DNA of 64,000 bases from Octopus sinensis. Its lineage: Eukaryota. The notes under the pieces were generated by a model, which ran no database searches, was not told the origin of the DNA, and was given only the letters and a program-made list of their open reading frames with translations. Shown one piece after another: positions 27,721 through 42,116 of the stretch (positions are counted from its first letter, which is position 1; each line of letters begins with the position of its first letter). Made by a program: the position numbers and the translations under genes. The stretch is from positions 11,346,001 through 11,410,000 of the forward strand of contig NC_043009.1 of the NCBI RefSeq assembly GCF_006345805.1. The letters are read 5' to 3'.

Positions 27721-28080
27721 CCCGTTGGTGAACCTCTGTATAAGTACAAATCCTCTATATTAATGTACCGTGCACACAAAGTGAGGGCAGTATGTTACAT
27801 TGAGCAGACAGCTGATTCATGTCACCAGCTCCAAGAGAATTAATGAGAGACATTCGACATCTTTAGCCGATTTTGCGTGGCGACTGAAGGAAGATAAAAT
27901 TAAGCGTAACATAACTTGGTCCATAGTAAAGCACACAAAACCATACAATATCATTTCCAGGAGATGCCGACTCTGCTCCGGGGAATTCCTGTCTATTCCG
28001 TGGCCCATTGAGAAGACCATTAACAAAATTTCTGAAAGACTCTCAAGATTTTCAAAGACTATCTTTCGCACCATGCAGTG
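27720..28080 (+). mobile_element. Penelope-like GIY-YIG C-terminal fragment
   Basis: HSTSLADFAWRLKEDKIKRNITWSIVKHTKPYNIISRRCRLC..INKISE matches the PLE W.LK..I.WSI..PY..C.LC..NK.SE pattern. Confidence 0.75.
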
Positions 28081-28089
28081 GAAATGAAT

Positions 28090-28480
28090 TTACTCTTTTA
28101 CTTGTTTCAGTCATTTGACTGCGGCCATGCTGGAGCACCGCCTTTAGTCGAACAAATCGACCCCGGGACTTATTCATTGTAAGCCCAGTACTTATTCTAT
28201 CGGTCTCTTTTGCCGAACCGCTAAGTGACGGGGACGTAAACACACCAGCATCGGTTGTCAAGCAATGCTAGGGGGACAAACACAGACACACAAACATACA
28301 CACACACATATATATACATATATACGACGAGCTTCTTTAAGTTTCCGTCTACCAAATCCACTCACAAGGCTTTGATCGGCCCGAGGCTATAGTAGAAGAC
28401 ATTTGCCCAGGGTGCCACACAGTGGGACTGAACCCGGAACCATGTGGTTGGTAAGCAAGCTACTTACCACACAGCCACAC
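28090..28480 (-). mobile_element. SINE family A, near full length
   Basis: Reverse complement of family A tail, spacer and head. Confidence 0.9.
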
Positions 28481-28859
28481 TGTTAATATAATTTACTCTA
28501 AGGCATGGGTGAATTAAGTTTTTATGAACACCAAGTAGCTATTTAACACGTTATATGAACGTGTGTGTACCAAACCACACGCGTGCGTATGCTTACATTT
28601 TCGTGGATGCTTGTATGAGCGAGTGTACATGCGTCATGCAGCTTGAGGAGGGTGTTTATACATCCATATGTGTCAACGGTTATTTTAAACACATTTCTTG
28701 CTGTATTGCGTGTTCGTTTCTTTTGTGCATGTGATATTTTATTTTTGATCGTTTATAATATAGAATTTATATAGAATCTATATAAATGAAGATATATCTT
28801 TTGTTTTGCTGCTTTTCTTTTCACGAAATGGGAAGATATATTGGGTAACTGTTATTTTA

Positions 28860-29010
28860 ACGAGTATTTATCACCTGCACTGCCGGATGCTCCTGAACCA
28901 GTTGTTAAGTGTTCCACCCGTGAGGGATAAATTCTAGAGGTGCCGAAACAGTTGTAGTGATTAATAAAAATTCTGGTATCTTCCATCTTCCGTCTTTCAT
29001 TTATCATATA
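28860..29010 (+). mobile_element. PLE terminal repeat, direct-strand homologue of 27440-27600
   Basis: gttaagtg.tccacc.gtgag.gat..agaggtgccGAAAcagttgtagtgat.aataaaaattct..atcttccatctt aligns to the reverse complement of 27440-27545; CUGANGA core lost. Confidence 0.7.
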
Positions 29011-29099
29011 CATAACGAACTGTGAAAGTGACCGTACTTTGCCAGTAAGCTACCAGGTATAAACCATTCGTATTATTATTTAACAAGTGTGTGAGTGAC

Positions 29100-29290
29100 C
29101 AGCACCGCTTGAAAACCGCTGTTGGTGTATTTACGTCCTCGTAATTTAGCGGCTCGGCCAAAAATATCGATAGAATAAGTACCAGGTTTAAAAAAGAAGA
29201 GCACCGGATCGTTTCGTTCGACTAAAACCCTTCAAGGCGGTGCTCCAGCATGGTCGCAGTCTAATGACTGAAGCAAGTAAAAGATAGAAG
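29100..29290 (+). mobile_element. SINE family A tail fragment
   Basis: Aligns to family A 3' half. Confidence 0.8.
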
Positions 29291-30461
29291 GCGGCACAAC
29301 GTGATTGCTGGAATACGAAATTGTATTGAGATGCTGCGATAAGAAGAAACGGTTTGGAACGAGAAAGATGTGGAAAAGGAAAAGGATGGGGGACGAAGAT
29401 AATGATGGTGGTTCTAATATTTAGAATCATTACAAAAAAAAAAGGTGGAGATGACGAAGTGTGTTGATGATGAAGATGATGTTGATAATGGTGGTGGCGG
29501 TGTTGGTGGTGGTGATGATGATGATGATGATGATGATGACGACGACAACGATGATGATGATGATAATTAAATCATTGATTTATTGGCAATAAATCACGAA
29601 AAAACATTACTTCGAAACACATTCGCAATAAATTACAAAATATTAAAATGAAATATAAAATTGCTAAGAAACACTACATGTACATACATGTATTTGAAAA
29701 TGCACGTGTTTGTGTGTGTGTTGTGTGTACTTCTGTTTAAGTGCATAACTACACACGGAGCTATATTATATATATATAATATACATATACATATATATAT
29801 ATGTGTGTATATATATATAGCGAAAGGGAAAAGGAGAGGGAGAAGAGAGATACACACAGGGTGAATTCACTACAGTACATGTAACCCCATTTTGAGACAC
29901 CCCCATCCCAACTCGATCGAATGTATCCAGTATTATCTTTTTGGTGTAGGCATTTTGTTTTCTGAGAATTTGGCTTTGTTCGTCCTGCTAGATCAGCGGG
30001 TTGGCAATGGTAGAGTATTTATAAAGATTTGCATGAACTTTGACAGTAAAACATTATTTAGTCAAGTAAAAGAGATAATTAAATACCGAGGATGCACATA
30101 ATTAAGGCAATGTTTTGAATAAACGTTTATGTGGATTAAACAAACGGGAAAATAGGTTTTAAATACAACACACAAAGAAATGTGAAATAGTTCTCGTAAG
30201 TCATCTTGAAAGATATCTGGAGAATTTTGGCGTCTCTACACCTTATCAGCTTCTGTTGAACTACGACAAAATTGCAATTTGTACTAGTTGTCAAAAGTAC
30301 GAGTGGCTGCTGATACGCCTTGACCGCGAAAGAGGAAATGCAACGATGTTGTCACCCTGTATACGTACGTGATAGAAAACTTAGAGAAAATATAAACGTG
30401 CTCTGCTATGTCTGCCTTTGAAGCACTTATGTCAGAATTTAAACAGTATATGCATTTACGT

Positions 30462-30765
30462 GGGGGCGCAATGGCCTAGTGGTTAGGGTAGCGGACTCGC
30501 GGTCGCAGGATCGCGGTTTCGATTCCCAGACCGGGCGTTGTGAGTGTTTATTGAGCGAAAGCACCTAAAAAGCTCCACGAGGTTCCGGCAGGGGGTGGTG
30601 ATCCATGCTGTACTCTTTCACCACTCTTTCTCCCACTCCTTCTTCTGTTGGCCTGCTCGCTTAGCCAGCAGGGTGGCGTCATTCGAAGGCTAAAACAATG
30701 CGAACGCATTGTGACCAGCGATGTGTAACAACATCTGATGGTCTGGTCGGTCACGTGATCACGTG
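30462..30765 (+). mobile_element. SINE family C, tail type 2 (ends tcacgtgatcacgtga)
   Basis: tRNA-like head with A and B boxes; TSD atatgcatttac(g/a)t at 30448-30461 and 30766-30779. Confidence 0.9.
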
Positions 30766-30778
30766 ATATGCATTTACA

Positions 30779-32600
30779 TATTTCTAAAACCAAAAAAAAA
30801 AACCCCAAAGGAAACAAAAATCGCTGAAAGCGCAAACCTCCGGCAAGACAATACCAACGTCCTAATCTTTTTATACCCACAAAGGGGCGAACATAGAGAG
30901 AACAATGCATCACATGTGGGGTTACAAAACGGGAGAAAAAGACAACGTATGAAAAACATGTAATGACAAAATGAAAATGAAAAAAAATGTAATAAAGCTC
31001 CTCGGCCCCACCTCCGAGCAACCACACTTAAACCTGCAACTCTCCTTATATCCTGTTCCCGCCATAATTTTCGAACAAATCTTCCATAATACTAATGGTC
31101 TGGCGGTATATTCCTATCTAATTCCACTTCCCACATCCTATATCCACTTTTATATCTTGATATTTTCTCTCTTTGTTCATTTGTAGGAAGCACACAACAA
31201 TGCCAATTTTTAATGTTAACAAAACCCATTGTTCCTACTGATTTGTAATCTTCCCAAGATGCTATCACTCTACACATTTTTTCGTTAGAATCATCATACA
31301 CCATAACTGTGCATTTTTTTCTTTTTTGTCTGGGAGAAAGCAGTTTGAAAATTTTTGTCTGTATGTATTTTTCCTGTGTCAGAGGGGAATTGGAAGGTTT
31401 GGAGCCTGTAGGAGAAGGGTAGGACGAAGAGGGTGAGAGTGGTTGTGGGGTTGTTATGGCACTTACTTTTTTTTCTTTTTCTTTTGCTTCTTTTACCAAT
31501 GGTTTCCCATTCGTTGTACATTTCTTCTGTTTGTAATTTTCCCTCTTCTCCACTCTTTCGCTCCTCCCGCGGCTCCTCCTCCCACGCATCCTCCATCTCC
31601 CCGGTAGGTGAAGGGCATTCCGCGCCGATGCGACCCTCAAAGGACTTCGCCCTCCACCCTCACTCTCACCACCACTTCGTCCAACTCGACGGTACCCATC
31701 ACAATCTTCAGGACATCCACCGAGGCCTGGACTTCTATTTCAAGAGCCCGTCCTCTCCACACCCCGCTACGCGTCCCTGTGGCCCGGAGAACCGCTACGC
31801 TGTCCTCCTCCTCCAAGAGGACAGCGGCCAGCATCCAGGCCACATCAATCTCTGTTGAAACTCCCCCAACTCTGACTCCCGACGCACAACGTCCCATGCA
31901 AGTGGGCAGAATCACTAATCCCCGACAGTCCCCGCTGCACACCTTCCAGCAACCCTCTTGCTCTTGAACCCTGCCTCCACCACTTCAAACCTTGATCTCC
32001 CCGCAATATATATAATGTTCTGCCGAACCGGCCCCAGTGTTCCCTCAATCCGCCCTGCATCTACAATATCAATCTCGCCCGCCTCCATCGAGCAAGCCTT
32101 GCACGATACTGCTCCCTCCCCCAAGTTCTTCAATGCCCCTTGCGGGTGGGAGGACAACTCCACAGTAGAACCGTCCCCTTTCCATCACCTTCCCATAGTT
32201 AGCAACTCCTTCCATGTCCAAATCGTCCTCCTGGTGTACTGCCACCTCTTCAAACCTTCCGTCCTCTACCTTCTCGTCCATTCCCTCCACAGCCCCCCAA
32301 AACTCGTCTCCGGAAGAAGACAACTCACAACCGCTGAACACCATCCAACTCTTTGCTATTGGACCAAATCTCCTCATAAGAGGAAGGAAAGCACAAACAA
32401 GCTGTCAGAAAGCAGCAAAATCAGTTTACAAAGTGTTCCAAAAAACACTGACACAAAATTCAACACAAAGCTTCAGCACAAAAACGCACGTCTTAACACT
32501 ATGAAAGATACCATAACTTACTAACAACAGTAGAATAACTTACTAAGAACATGAGACAACACCAATGTCCTCTTAACGATGAGCTGGAGATGAGTTTTAA
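30779..32600 (-). pseudogene. ORF1-only (HAL1-like) Tx1/L1-type retroelement, frameshifted
   Basis: Minus-strand pieces (ORFs 32069-32377, 31915-32163, 31637-31942, 31294-31596, 31092-31640) align to the 57489-58559 protein (VILPTCMG..VRVGGVSTEIDVAWM vs LFLPTYKK..AWICGLPPDIEPEWI); knuckle remnant EGRIGAECP; no ORF2 downstream. The 5' boundary is approximate. Confidence 0.7.
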
Positions 32601-33923
32601 AATGAGACTATCTGAAATAAATTCGGCTGCTCTCATAAACGAAAGTACTAAAATTGAACCCGATAGCTCTTAAAAATGAAGTAAAAACAGGGAAAATAAT
32701 TCAGAATCCTTGTCCGGAACCGGATCGATCCCAAAATCTAATCAGTTCGTGCCAGTTACAAGGCCAAGAATTCCTGAAAATTTCATCTGAATCCATCCAG
32801 CGGTTCTTGAGATATTTTGTCCAAGGACAAAGAAACAAACAAACAAATATGTCTGAAAACAATACCTCCGACTTAGCGAGGATTGAGGTAAAAATAAGAT
32901 AGTGGATATAGGAAGGGAGCGGATCTTCGTATAACGTTCACTGAGCTAAGATAATAAGGAAATAAGATTAGATTCGATATCTTAATAGAGGTTAAAGTTG
33001 CATGGATACATTTACATTGTTTCCAACTAGCAATATGTGCAATTATATCTATTGTCTATTTGATTATATCGATTGATCACTAACTGATCGAGGTAGTTGA
33101 AGTCGTGGCTTGACAAAATTCTTCTAAAATATGTACTTAGAAACTCTCCTGGTCTGCAAATAAATTTACAGTTTTGCAGTCCCAAGTATTCAGTTCTAGA
33201 TTCTAGTATCCAAAGTATGGACTTCTATATTGATTTTATGATATCTACGTCGCATTTGTTTACTGTATGTTATTGTACTATAGTATGAATGAAATTTAGA
33301 ATGCGTAGGTACATTAAACTTATACAGGATTCTGTCTTTCCGCAGTAAACAAAGGTTTTCGTGAAATTTTAAGTATTCTTCCGTCTTCCTTTATATAATT
33401 TTCGAAGGCATTCAAATCGCAATGAAATAATGAAATAAACAACTTTAATATTTAGTTAAGCAGAAGAAACTAATTTAATTCTTACTACGTTTGTTTATCT
33501 ATTTATTTATTTTCGTGATGTTGTGAAAAATTCTACGCAGTGTAGAAAGAGTCTAATATTTCGTATAGGGAAGAGACAAGATGTCAAATATCCTACATAT
33601 AATAATACGCAAATACAAATCCCGTTGGTCACGCTGGTAGAAGGAGACTAGAACAGCAAACGGAGAGCGAGGCCGTGACGTTCAGAGACGTTAAATGCAT
33701 CCGAACTGCATAGTAATAAGACTTTCTTCTGAAGTCGTTGGTGTTGTAATCGTAAATAGGATCTAGTTTTATAGACACGCACGTGAGCACACACAAATAC
33801 ACACACATATACACATGTACATGAGTGTGTATATTATATGTGTATGTATGTATATATATACTTGCTTGGAAATGAATGCGTGACGTTCAATCAAATAATA
33901 ATATAAATGATATATATATAGGA

Positions 33924-33973
<50 letters not shown>

Positions 33974-33999
33974 ATATATATATATATAAATATATATGA

Positions 34000-34330
34000 G
34001 TACAGTACGTCACCAACAGTAAACAACCTGAATTATGAAAACAAATGAGTTCAATACACAAACAACGAGGAACAAATGGAAAACAGGACAAGTAACATAA
34101 AGAAAGACACTTCATCAGTTGTCGGCTGTTTGTCTACTCCTCATTTCGAGCATTGAACGACAATATGAATCTTCGAAGACAGTTGCTCCCATGAGTACCA
34201 AAATAAAATTTGGCTTTTATGGAGAGTATAAGTTGGGAACAAAAACAGAACAGTGGAGACATACAAAGGAGCCGAGCGAGAACAAACATGGAGGGTCGTT
34301 AGACTAGAATGAGGGTAAAATAGCTAACGC
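34000..34330 (-). repeat. Repeat shared with 40830-40990 (+), probably PLE terminal-repeat derived
   Basis: cgaaa..caactgatgaag..ttctttatgtt.cttgtc in both copies. Confidence 0.5.
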
Positions 34331-35137
34331 TGGAGAAATACTTTCTTTGACAAGAGAAAAGACAGGAGAGAGAGATAAGACAATCCAGTCCTTAGGACGG
34401 TCTTGAAAGAAAAGAAAGGTGATCACGCGAGGAAAAGAAAGGTGGACGATGGTCACGTGTGAGCAAGGAGAGAGAGAGAGAGGGGGGAGAGAACAGAAGA
34501 AAGAGGGGACGAGCGAGAGAGAGAGAGAAAGACAGAAAACGGTGAAGGGCAGCAAAAATGGAAATAGAGAACGGATGAGAGAGAAAACGATGGTGGGAGA
34601 AAACAATATAGAGTAGAATCGCATCATATAGATTAAGAAGTGAATCACTTGTTGGTGATGTCCTGTACTTGGTGTATTTTATATTTATATATTTATAATT
34701 GAACACCACGCAGACATGTCCACAGTAAGTTTTTACTTTTATTTATAATTTCTGTGACTCTACTCTCTCTTCCCTTTCCTTCCTTCTTTCCTTCCGTTCT
34801 TCCTTTCTTCCTTTCTTTATTTCTATCCCTCTACAATCCTCTTTATTTTCCATTTCTCCCCCTCTCTTTTTGCTGTCTCCTGCCTATCTTCCATTCCTTA
34901 CTATCTTTCGTTCCTTTTTTTCTCCTCACTCCCTTCGTTTTTTTTCCCTCATCCTCTCTCATATATATTTAAGTGGTGTCTCCACTCTGTTACATGACAG
35001 ACAGGCGTCCGATTCCCCGCTTCCATATCTTTTCAAGGTAGTGCTCCAGCATGGCCGCAGTCAAATAACTGAAACAAATAAAAGAATAAAAGAGTAAAAG
35101 GAAATATATATATATATATTTACATACATATATATAT

Positions 35138-35179
<42 letters not shown>

Positions 35180-35192
35180 TACATATATACAT

Positions 35193-35689
<497 letters not shown>

Positions 35690-36746
35690 GAATACGCACA
35701 CGCACAAACAAAGACGTACGAATCTATACACACACACACCTATGCATATTTACAAACGTCTGAGCCATCATTAGATTATTTGTAACGCCAGAAACGGCAG
35801 CTTAATCTCAATCAAACCAAGCACCAATGTCTTAAAAATAGAAAGTAACTTTGGCTGATATAATTCCTGATCTACAAACAGACGTATCACCATGGCTGGA
35901 CTGTCACTCAGCATACGAAATCTTGATTAGAGTTGGGCCAGAGTGATATAACAACAACAAAAATAAGTGCATATATGTATAGTGTTATGAGAAGGTGGGT
36001 GAATATTATTCTCTGCAAATGCTAGCTGTGGAGGGGGGGAATGTACAGGCAAGGACTGTCGACTACATGAAGATTATAAGTCATTCATTAATACCCAGAG
36101 TCTAGGAAGAGCCAAGAGTAATCTCTCTATATAAAAGTAAAATGGCCGAAAGTTGTATGTGTACGTGTCTCATTTAGTGGTTATGCGGGGTTCAATGGCA
36201 CTAGGCGCGCTCGGAATGCAGCGACAATTTACAGGAACATGTAAAATGCGGTGAGGAAGCGACTGGACTAGGTTAGAAATTTCCATCTCAAAAGCTATTG
36301 TTACTAGAGCAACAAAACCCATTTTCGATCGATTCTGCAAGCTGTGGAGGTCGTGTTTTGTGGGCGATTTTCATAAAAAACACACTTGCATAAACTACAG
36401 GATCTTCTGTTTAATGGTTCCTCATTTTTTCATGGAAAATGTTGTTTAAAAGAAAAGATTTTATGAAGTTAAAAAAAAGTTACATTTTTTGTCGTTTTAC
36501 CGTTTGATTTTTTTCCTGCTTGCATCTTTGATTTGCTCTGCATAAAAATTATACCACCCTGTAGGATGTGATGAGAAATATTTTGGGGATTTTGTGCCAA
36601 CCGAAGCCTTAACAGCAGATTAGGTAGCCGAAAACTCAAAGTATTTCGTTTTATATAGAAGTGTACATATATCAATGTATGTGTGTGTATTTGTGTTAGA
36701 CTGCTCTTCTCCATTACAATATAAAAGGATATCTCATGGTTTAAAT

Positions 36747-37027
36747 CAGTGGTTCTCAACCGGGATCCCTATGGATTTCAAAACCCCTGAAATGAATATG
36801 CATTACTATGAATATGTATTACTATGCAGTGCTAGAAACAGCTTGGATTCTATCTCTAACTTTGTACATAGTTTAACTTATACAAGTTAATGTGTAAAAA
36901 ACAAAACAGGAAATTTTGAAAGAAGTATCTTTAGGACTAGTTTTTAAATATCGAATGGCTTTGGGGGTCCACTAGAATAAATTAGTAATCAAAGGGGTCA
37001 ATAGAAAAAAATAGTTGCGGAACCCTG
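36747..37027. mobile_element. hAT (Charlie-type) MITE
   Basis: TIRs cagtggttctcaacc / agttgcggaaccctg; perfect 8-bp TSD gtttaaat at 36739-36746 and 37028-37035. Confidence 0.9.
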
Positions 37028-37860
37028 GTTTAAATGATTCGCCTTATTTTCTCTCAACAGACAACATCCCAGACGTCCTCGAATTCTACAGGTCCTTTTG
37101 TCGTTACAATCACTCTTCCTCTCCGTTTGTTAAACAACTCTTTAACCGAATGCGTTCTTGCTATACTTTATAATAGTTCATTCAGAAACTCATGGCTTTC
37201 ACTATTATGCAAGCCGAAAGCGACGAGCTGGCAAAGTCGTTACATCAGACAAAATGCTTAGCAGTATTACGCCTGCATTTACGCTCTGGGTTCAAATTAC
37301 GATGAAATAATTACCAGTTCAGCACTGGGTCGATGTAATCAACGTCTCCTCCTTTACTTCGACTCTACTGGCCTTGTGGCTAAATTTGAAACCAATATCA
37401 TGCTAACCTATCAAATCGATTCCTATGTTAACATACTTTAGAGCACCTTCTGCATCTTACTATCTTCGCCATACTTTCATTCTACATTTTTTTATCCTCT
37501 GTACATCATTTGTATCTTTTTTACCCTCTTTCTCTTTGTTTATATTTCGTCTTTCCTTTTTCGACTTGGCTGTCTCTCGATTTCGTACTTACTGTCTTCT
37601 TCCATTTAAGACTCGTAGTTTTTCTAGTTGTTCTATCGCAATTTTTTCTACTCTCACAAGTTAATATCTTGTCAAATGTTTAATATTTTAAATGTTAGAT
37701 TTCATAAGTGTCTAAACTTTCCAACTCTTGCTATTTGTAAGCCTCATCTTGACTTAAATATTTATAACCCCTGTCGAAGTCTCTAATTTATAATAAAAAT
37801 TTCACGATGCTAGCCTTGACACAATGTGCATTATCTAAGGTTTACTTAAATTGTTGTTTC

Positions 37861-37891
<31 letters not shown>

Positions 37892-38499
37892 GTGTGTGTG
37901 TGTGAAAGAGAGACAGAGAGAGAGAGAGAGAGTGAGTGAATGCGTGTGTTTCGTTAAATACTCAACTTTTGTTAATTTATGCTTATATGTTTCACATTTT
38001 CTCGCCTTTTGTCGGTTGATTTAGAACAATAGAGTTTTTAAATCCACCCCTGACGTTTCTAGACCTTCACAATCGTATACTCAGTTGGAAATAAATGAAA
38101 CTGGGAAGATCTCAAAACGCTGGATGTCGATTTAGGAATCCTACTTTTCCAAACTAAGTATAAAATGATAAAAAATATATAAAAAATATAAAACAAAACA
38201 AAGAACTGAACATTATCTTGGATTTAATGAAACATGCATAAAAGAAAAACTATTCACCGTATATACGAATATGTGAGTGTGTTTGAGTGCGTGTGTGGTG
38301 TGTGTGTGTGTGTGTTTGATTATATCGGATACGGTGTGGTTGTCTACACCTATACATATTTTGTTTGAAGAAGATAAATAGTTGATATATGGAAGCAAAC
38401 ATCAGACAAGAGTATTACCGTGGGCTAAACGCAATTCACAGCCATAGAAATATTGAATTCAAAACTTGGTACAATGCCAGCAATTTTGGGTGAGGGTGT

Positions 38500-38675
38500 A
38501 AGTTGATTGTATCGACCCCAGTACTCAACTGATACATGTTTTATTGACCCCAAAAAGGATGTAAAGCAAGGTTGACCTCGACAGAATTTGAACTCAGAAT
38601 ATGAAGAGAGGCAAAATATCACTAAGTTGTTTTTGGCCCGGCGTGCTAATGAATCTGCCAGCTCACCGCCTTTAG
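38500..38675 (-). mobile_element. SINE family B, diverged
   Basis: Reverse complement of ggcggtgagctggcagattcattagcacg..gagttcaaatt..gaggtcaacc. Confidence 0.75.
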
Positions 38676-39886
38676 CCATAGTTCTTGTATGATAATGTGT
38701 GAAATCTCACGTATCAGTTGTAACAGATGACACGAAGCACAGAAATTCAGAATTTTCTTCAGTGAAAGAGGTGGATGGTCATTTGAAAAGTGGTTTTAAT
38801 TTTTGTTGCATGTATGAATGGTTCAATATATTCATGCAAACTTTCTGTTAAACTGGGATGAATCAAAACTCTGATTAAAGACAATCCAGTTATACTCTTA
38901 TTGCCTTTTTATGAATATCTAAGACTATATAACTTAATGCCACATTATGTAAATAAAGTCTTGAATAAAACGGAGACAGTCCTAGATTCTATGAAGAAAT
39001 ATCCTTGGAGATAAGCTTTGGATAGCTCATTCTGATTTAATTGTGCTAATCTGTTGTGAACATCAGAGTCTTTGAAACGGATATCCACACTGAATAATGA
39101 ATTTTCTGATAACACGTAGCTCCCATGGCTGGAACACCTCTTACCGGAGGTCTGCTTCGTAAGATCTGATTGGGCTAAGTTGTAACAGGAACAACAGTAA
39201 CAACTACATTTAAGTATATAGTTGGAAAAAAAGGAAGGAAACTACCAGATGCTATTGAAATACTGCGAGTGGAGAAAAGGTTATAGCGTTGGGATGCCCT
39301 AGGAAAATATGATTAGATTGTTACTTCATATTCAAGAATAATATTAGCTAAAGCAATAGTCATCAAATAAACAGAGCTACGTTATACTTTAGTAACGGAT
39401 AGAATAATTAGCGCTATTTTGTCCAGCTATACTTTCTGAATTCAAATTCGGGCCAGGTCAAATTCGTTTTTCTTCATTTTGGGATAGTAGTGAAGTACGA
39501 AAGGACGAGTCCTTCCCACCTTCCCTACACTCTCTCCCCACCCTCTCCCTCTCTCTCTCTCTCAATCTATCTGCCTGTCTGTCTGTCTCCGTCTCTCTCT
39601 CTCATGGAATCCGCAGGGTGATACACGTTTCACTCGTCAGACGGTCTAACGGTGATGACTAACAAGAAACTTGGGTATGTAAGACGTTGTGTGTGCTTTT
39701 GCATTTTGTGTATTCCGCTCTGACCATTTACATCCACGGACACTGAAGATTGAGCTTAAGCAAAAAGACCACACGTTAAAAAGATAAACAGTGCTGATGT
39801 CACTTCCGTCGCCTGTACCCATCAATTGGGCATCATGTATAACCGCAGTCAAATGACTGAAACAAGTAAAAGAAAATATATATATA

Positions 39887-40300
39887 GGCGTAGGAGTGGC
39901 TGTGTGGTAAGTAGCTTGCTAACCAACCACATGGTTCCGGGTTCAGTCCCACTGCGTGGCATTTTGGGCAAGTGTCTTCTGCTATACCCCCGGACCGACC
40001 AATGCCTTGTGAGTGGATTTGGTAGACGGAAACTGAAAGAAGCCTGTCGTATATATGTATATATATATTTGTATGTGTGTGTTTGTGTGTCTGTGTTTGT
40101 CCCCCTAGCATTGCTTGACAACCGATGCTGGTGTGTTTACGTCCCCGTCACTTAGCGGTTCGGCAAAAAGAGACCGATAGAGTAAGTACTGGGTTTACAA
40201 AGAATAAGTCCCGGGGTCGATTTGCTCGACTAAAGGCGGTGCTCCAGCATGACCGCAGTCAAATGACTGAAACAAGTAAAAGAGTAAAAGAGTAAAAAGA
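39887..40300 (+). mobile_element. SINE family A, full length
   Basis: Complete head, spacer and tail with (gagtaaaa)n end. Confidence 0.9.
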
Positions 40301-40497
40301 GTAAAAAGTGAATGTGTGTGTGTGTGTGTGTGTGTGTACGTGTGTGTGTGCATACATATATATATATATTAGTTTTATCGTAATAATCCCGATACTCAGT
40401 CTACAACCTATCTCTATTCTATCTCCTCTCTTGTTTTTCTTCCTTTCCGTTTTCTCACCCATCCTTTCTCTAATTCTTCTCTTCTCCCCTTCACCGT

Positions 40498-40535
<38 letters not shown>

Positions 40536-41028
40536 TCCTTGACTCTCTATTTGCCCACATGTGACCAACAGCTATCTTTCTTTCTTTCTTCCACTTCCTT
40601 CTTAAAGAAAAGACGTGCTTTTGCTTGTCTCTTCTCAAGCCTCGTTTTTCCAGCGTTCACCACTTCCCCTCGTTATGGCTTAACAGCCCTCACCGTTTAA
40701 TTTTACTGTTTTGTCCTTACTGTCATGTTTTTGTTACCGATTTATCCAACCGCAGAAATTCCAAATTTTATATATTTTGCTTTGCGGGAAGGACTATTTT
40801 AACGAAGTCGCATGTTGTCCCTACCTTCGAAACGCGAAGTAAATAAAGGAGGGTTCAACTGATGAAGAGAATGTTCTTTATGTTGCTTGTCTCGTTTCTC
40901 TATTTGTTTCTTTCGTTACTCGAAAAAAAAGTGTTTTTTCCATGCTTTTGCTTTTATGTTCCCTTTCTCATTTTGTTCACGTTTTTTTTTTGCGTCCGGT
41001 ACGTATATAAATATATAATTTATATTAT

Positions 41029-41115
<87 letters not shown>

Positions 41116-41159
41116 TGTAAGCAGGTTTTAGGTGTATGCGGGTATATATACATATATAT

Positions 41160-41203
<44 letters not shown>

Positions 41204-41321
41204 ATATTATAATGGAATAATCACTATGAAGCATAGTGTAGTATATGCCATATGCGTGTATGGCTGTATATATGTATGCATGCATATATGTGAATATATA
41301 TGTGTACATATTACATGCCCA

Positions 41322-41357
<36 letters not shown>

Positions 41358-41534
41358 CATCTACACATGTACATGTATACATATACATATATATGTATAG
41401 AAATACATGGACCCTAAGTAAGGCATGTGTAAAATTTGAATGAAATTGGTTGTGTAGTTCTCAAGTTTTAGGGATTCACACAGACAGACAGACGCACATA
41501 CTCAGTTTTATATATATAGATATATGCATATATA

Positions 41535-41578
<44 letters not shown>

Positions 41579-42077
41579 GTGTGTATGTATGTATATATGC
41601 ATGCATTTGATGTATGCTTGTAGTTTCCTTGTATATACATATCCGTGCGTAAGAGATAGTGAATCCTACTTTGGGTTAACACTTCAAATGAGAGAAGATA
41701 GATTTTGAATTTAGATTAATAAAGCATTGACGCGCTTCACGTGAAATTTGAACACTATCTTTGTATATATAAAACTGAGAATGTGTGTCTGTATGTATGT
41801 GTGTTAATACAAGAATTGCGGCTTTGCCGTCTTGCCGCTCGTAGTTTAAAAGAGTTTACAAAGAAGTGATAATAAACGTGATAAACAGGAGAGTCTCTGT
41901 CATTTTCATAAACGTACATATATGCATATGTGAGTGCGTGTGTGTGTATTTGTGTGAAATTGTGCATCCATTCATATATACTAACATACCTATACATATA
42001 TATATATAAATACGCGCTCGTTTGCGTGTGTGTGTGAATGTGTTTTTGTGTTATTGTGTGTGTGTGTGTATGTGTGT

Positions 42078-42116
<39 letters not shown>

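Noticed and set aside
30462-30540. tRNA gene (also 22738 and 21976)
   Set aside because: A and B boxes are present but the anticodon and acceptor stems do not close, and the sequence runs into a SINE body with TSDs.
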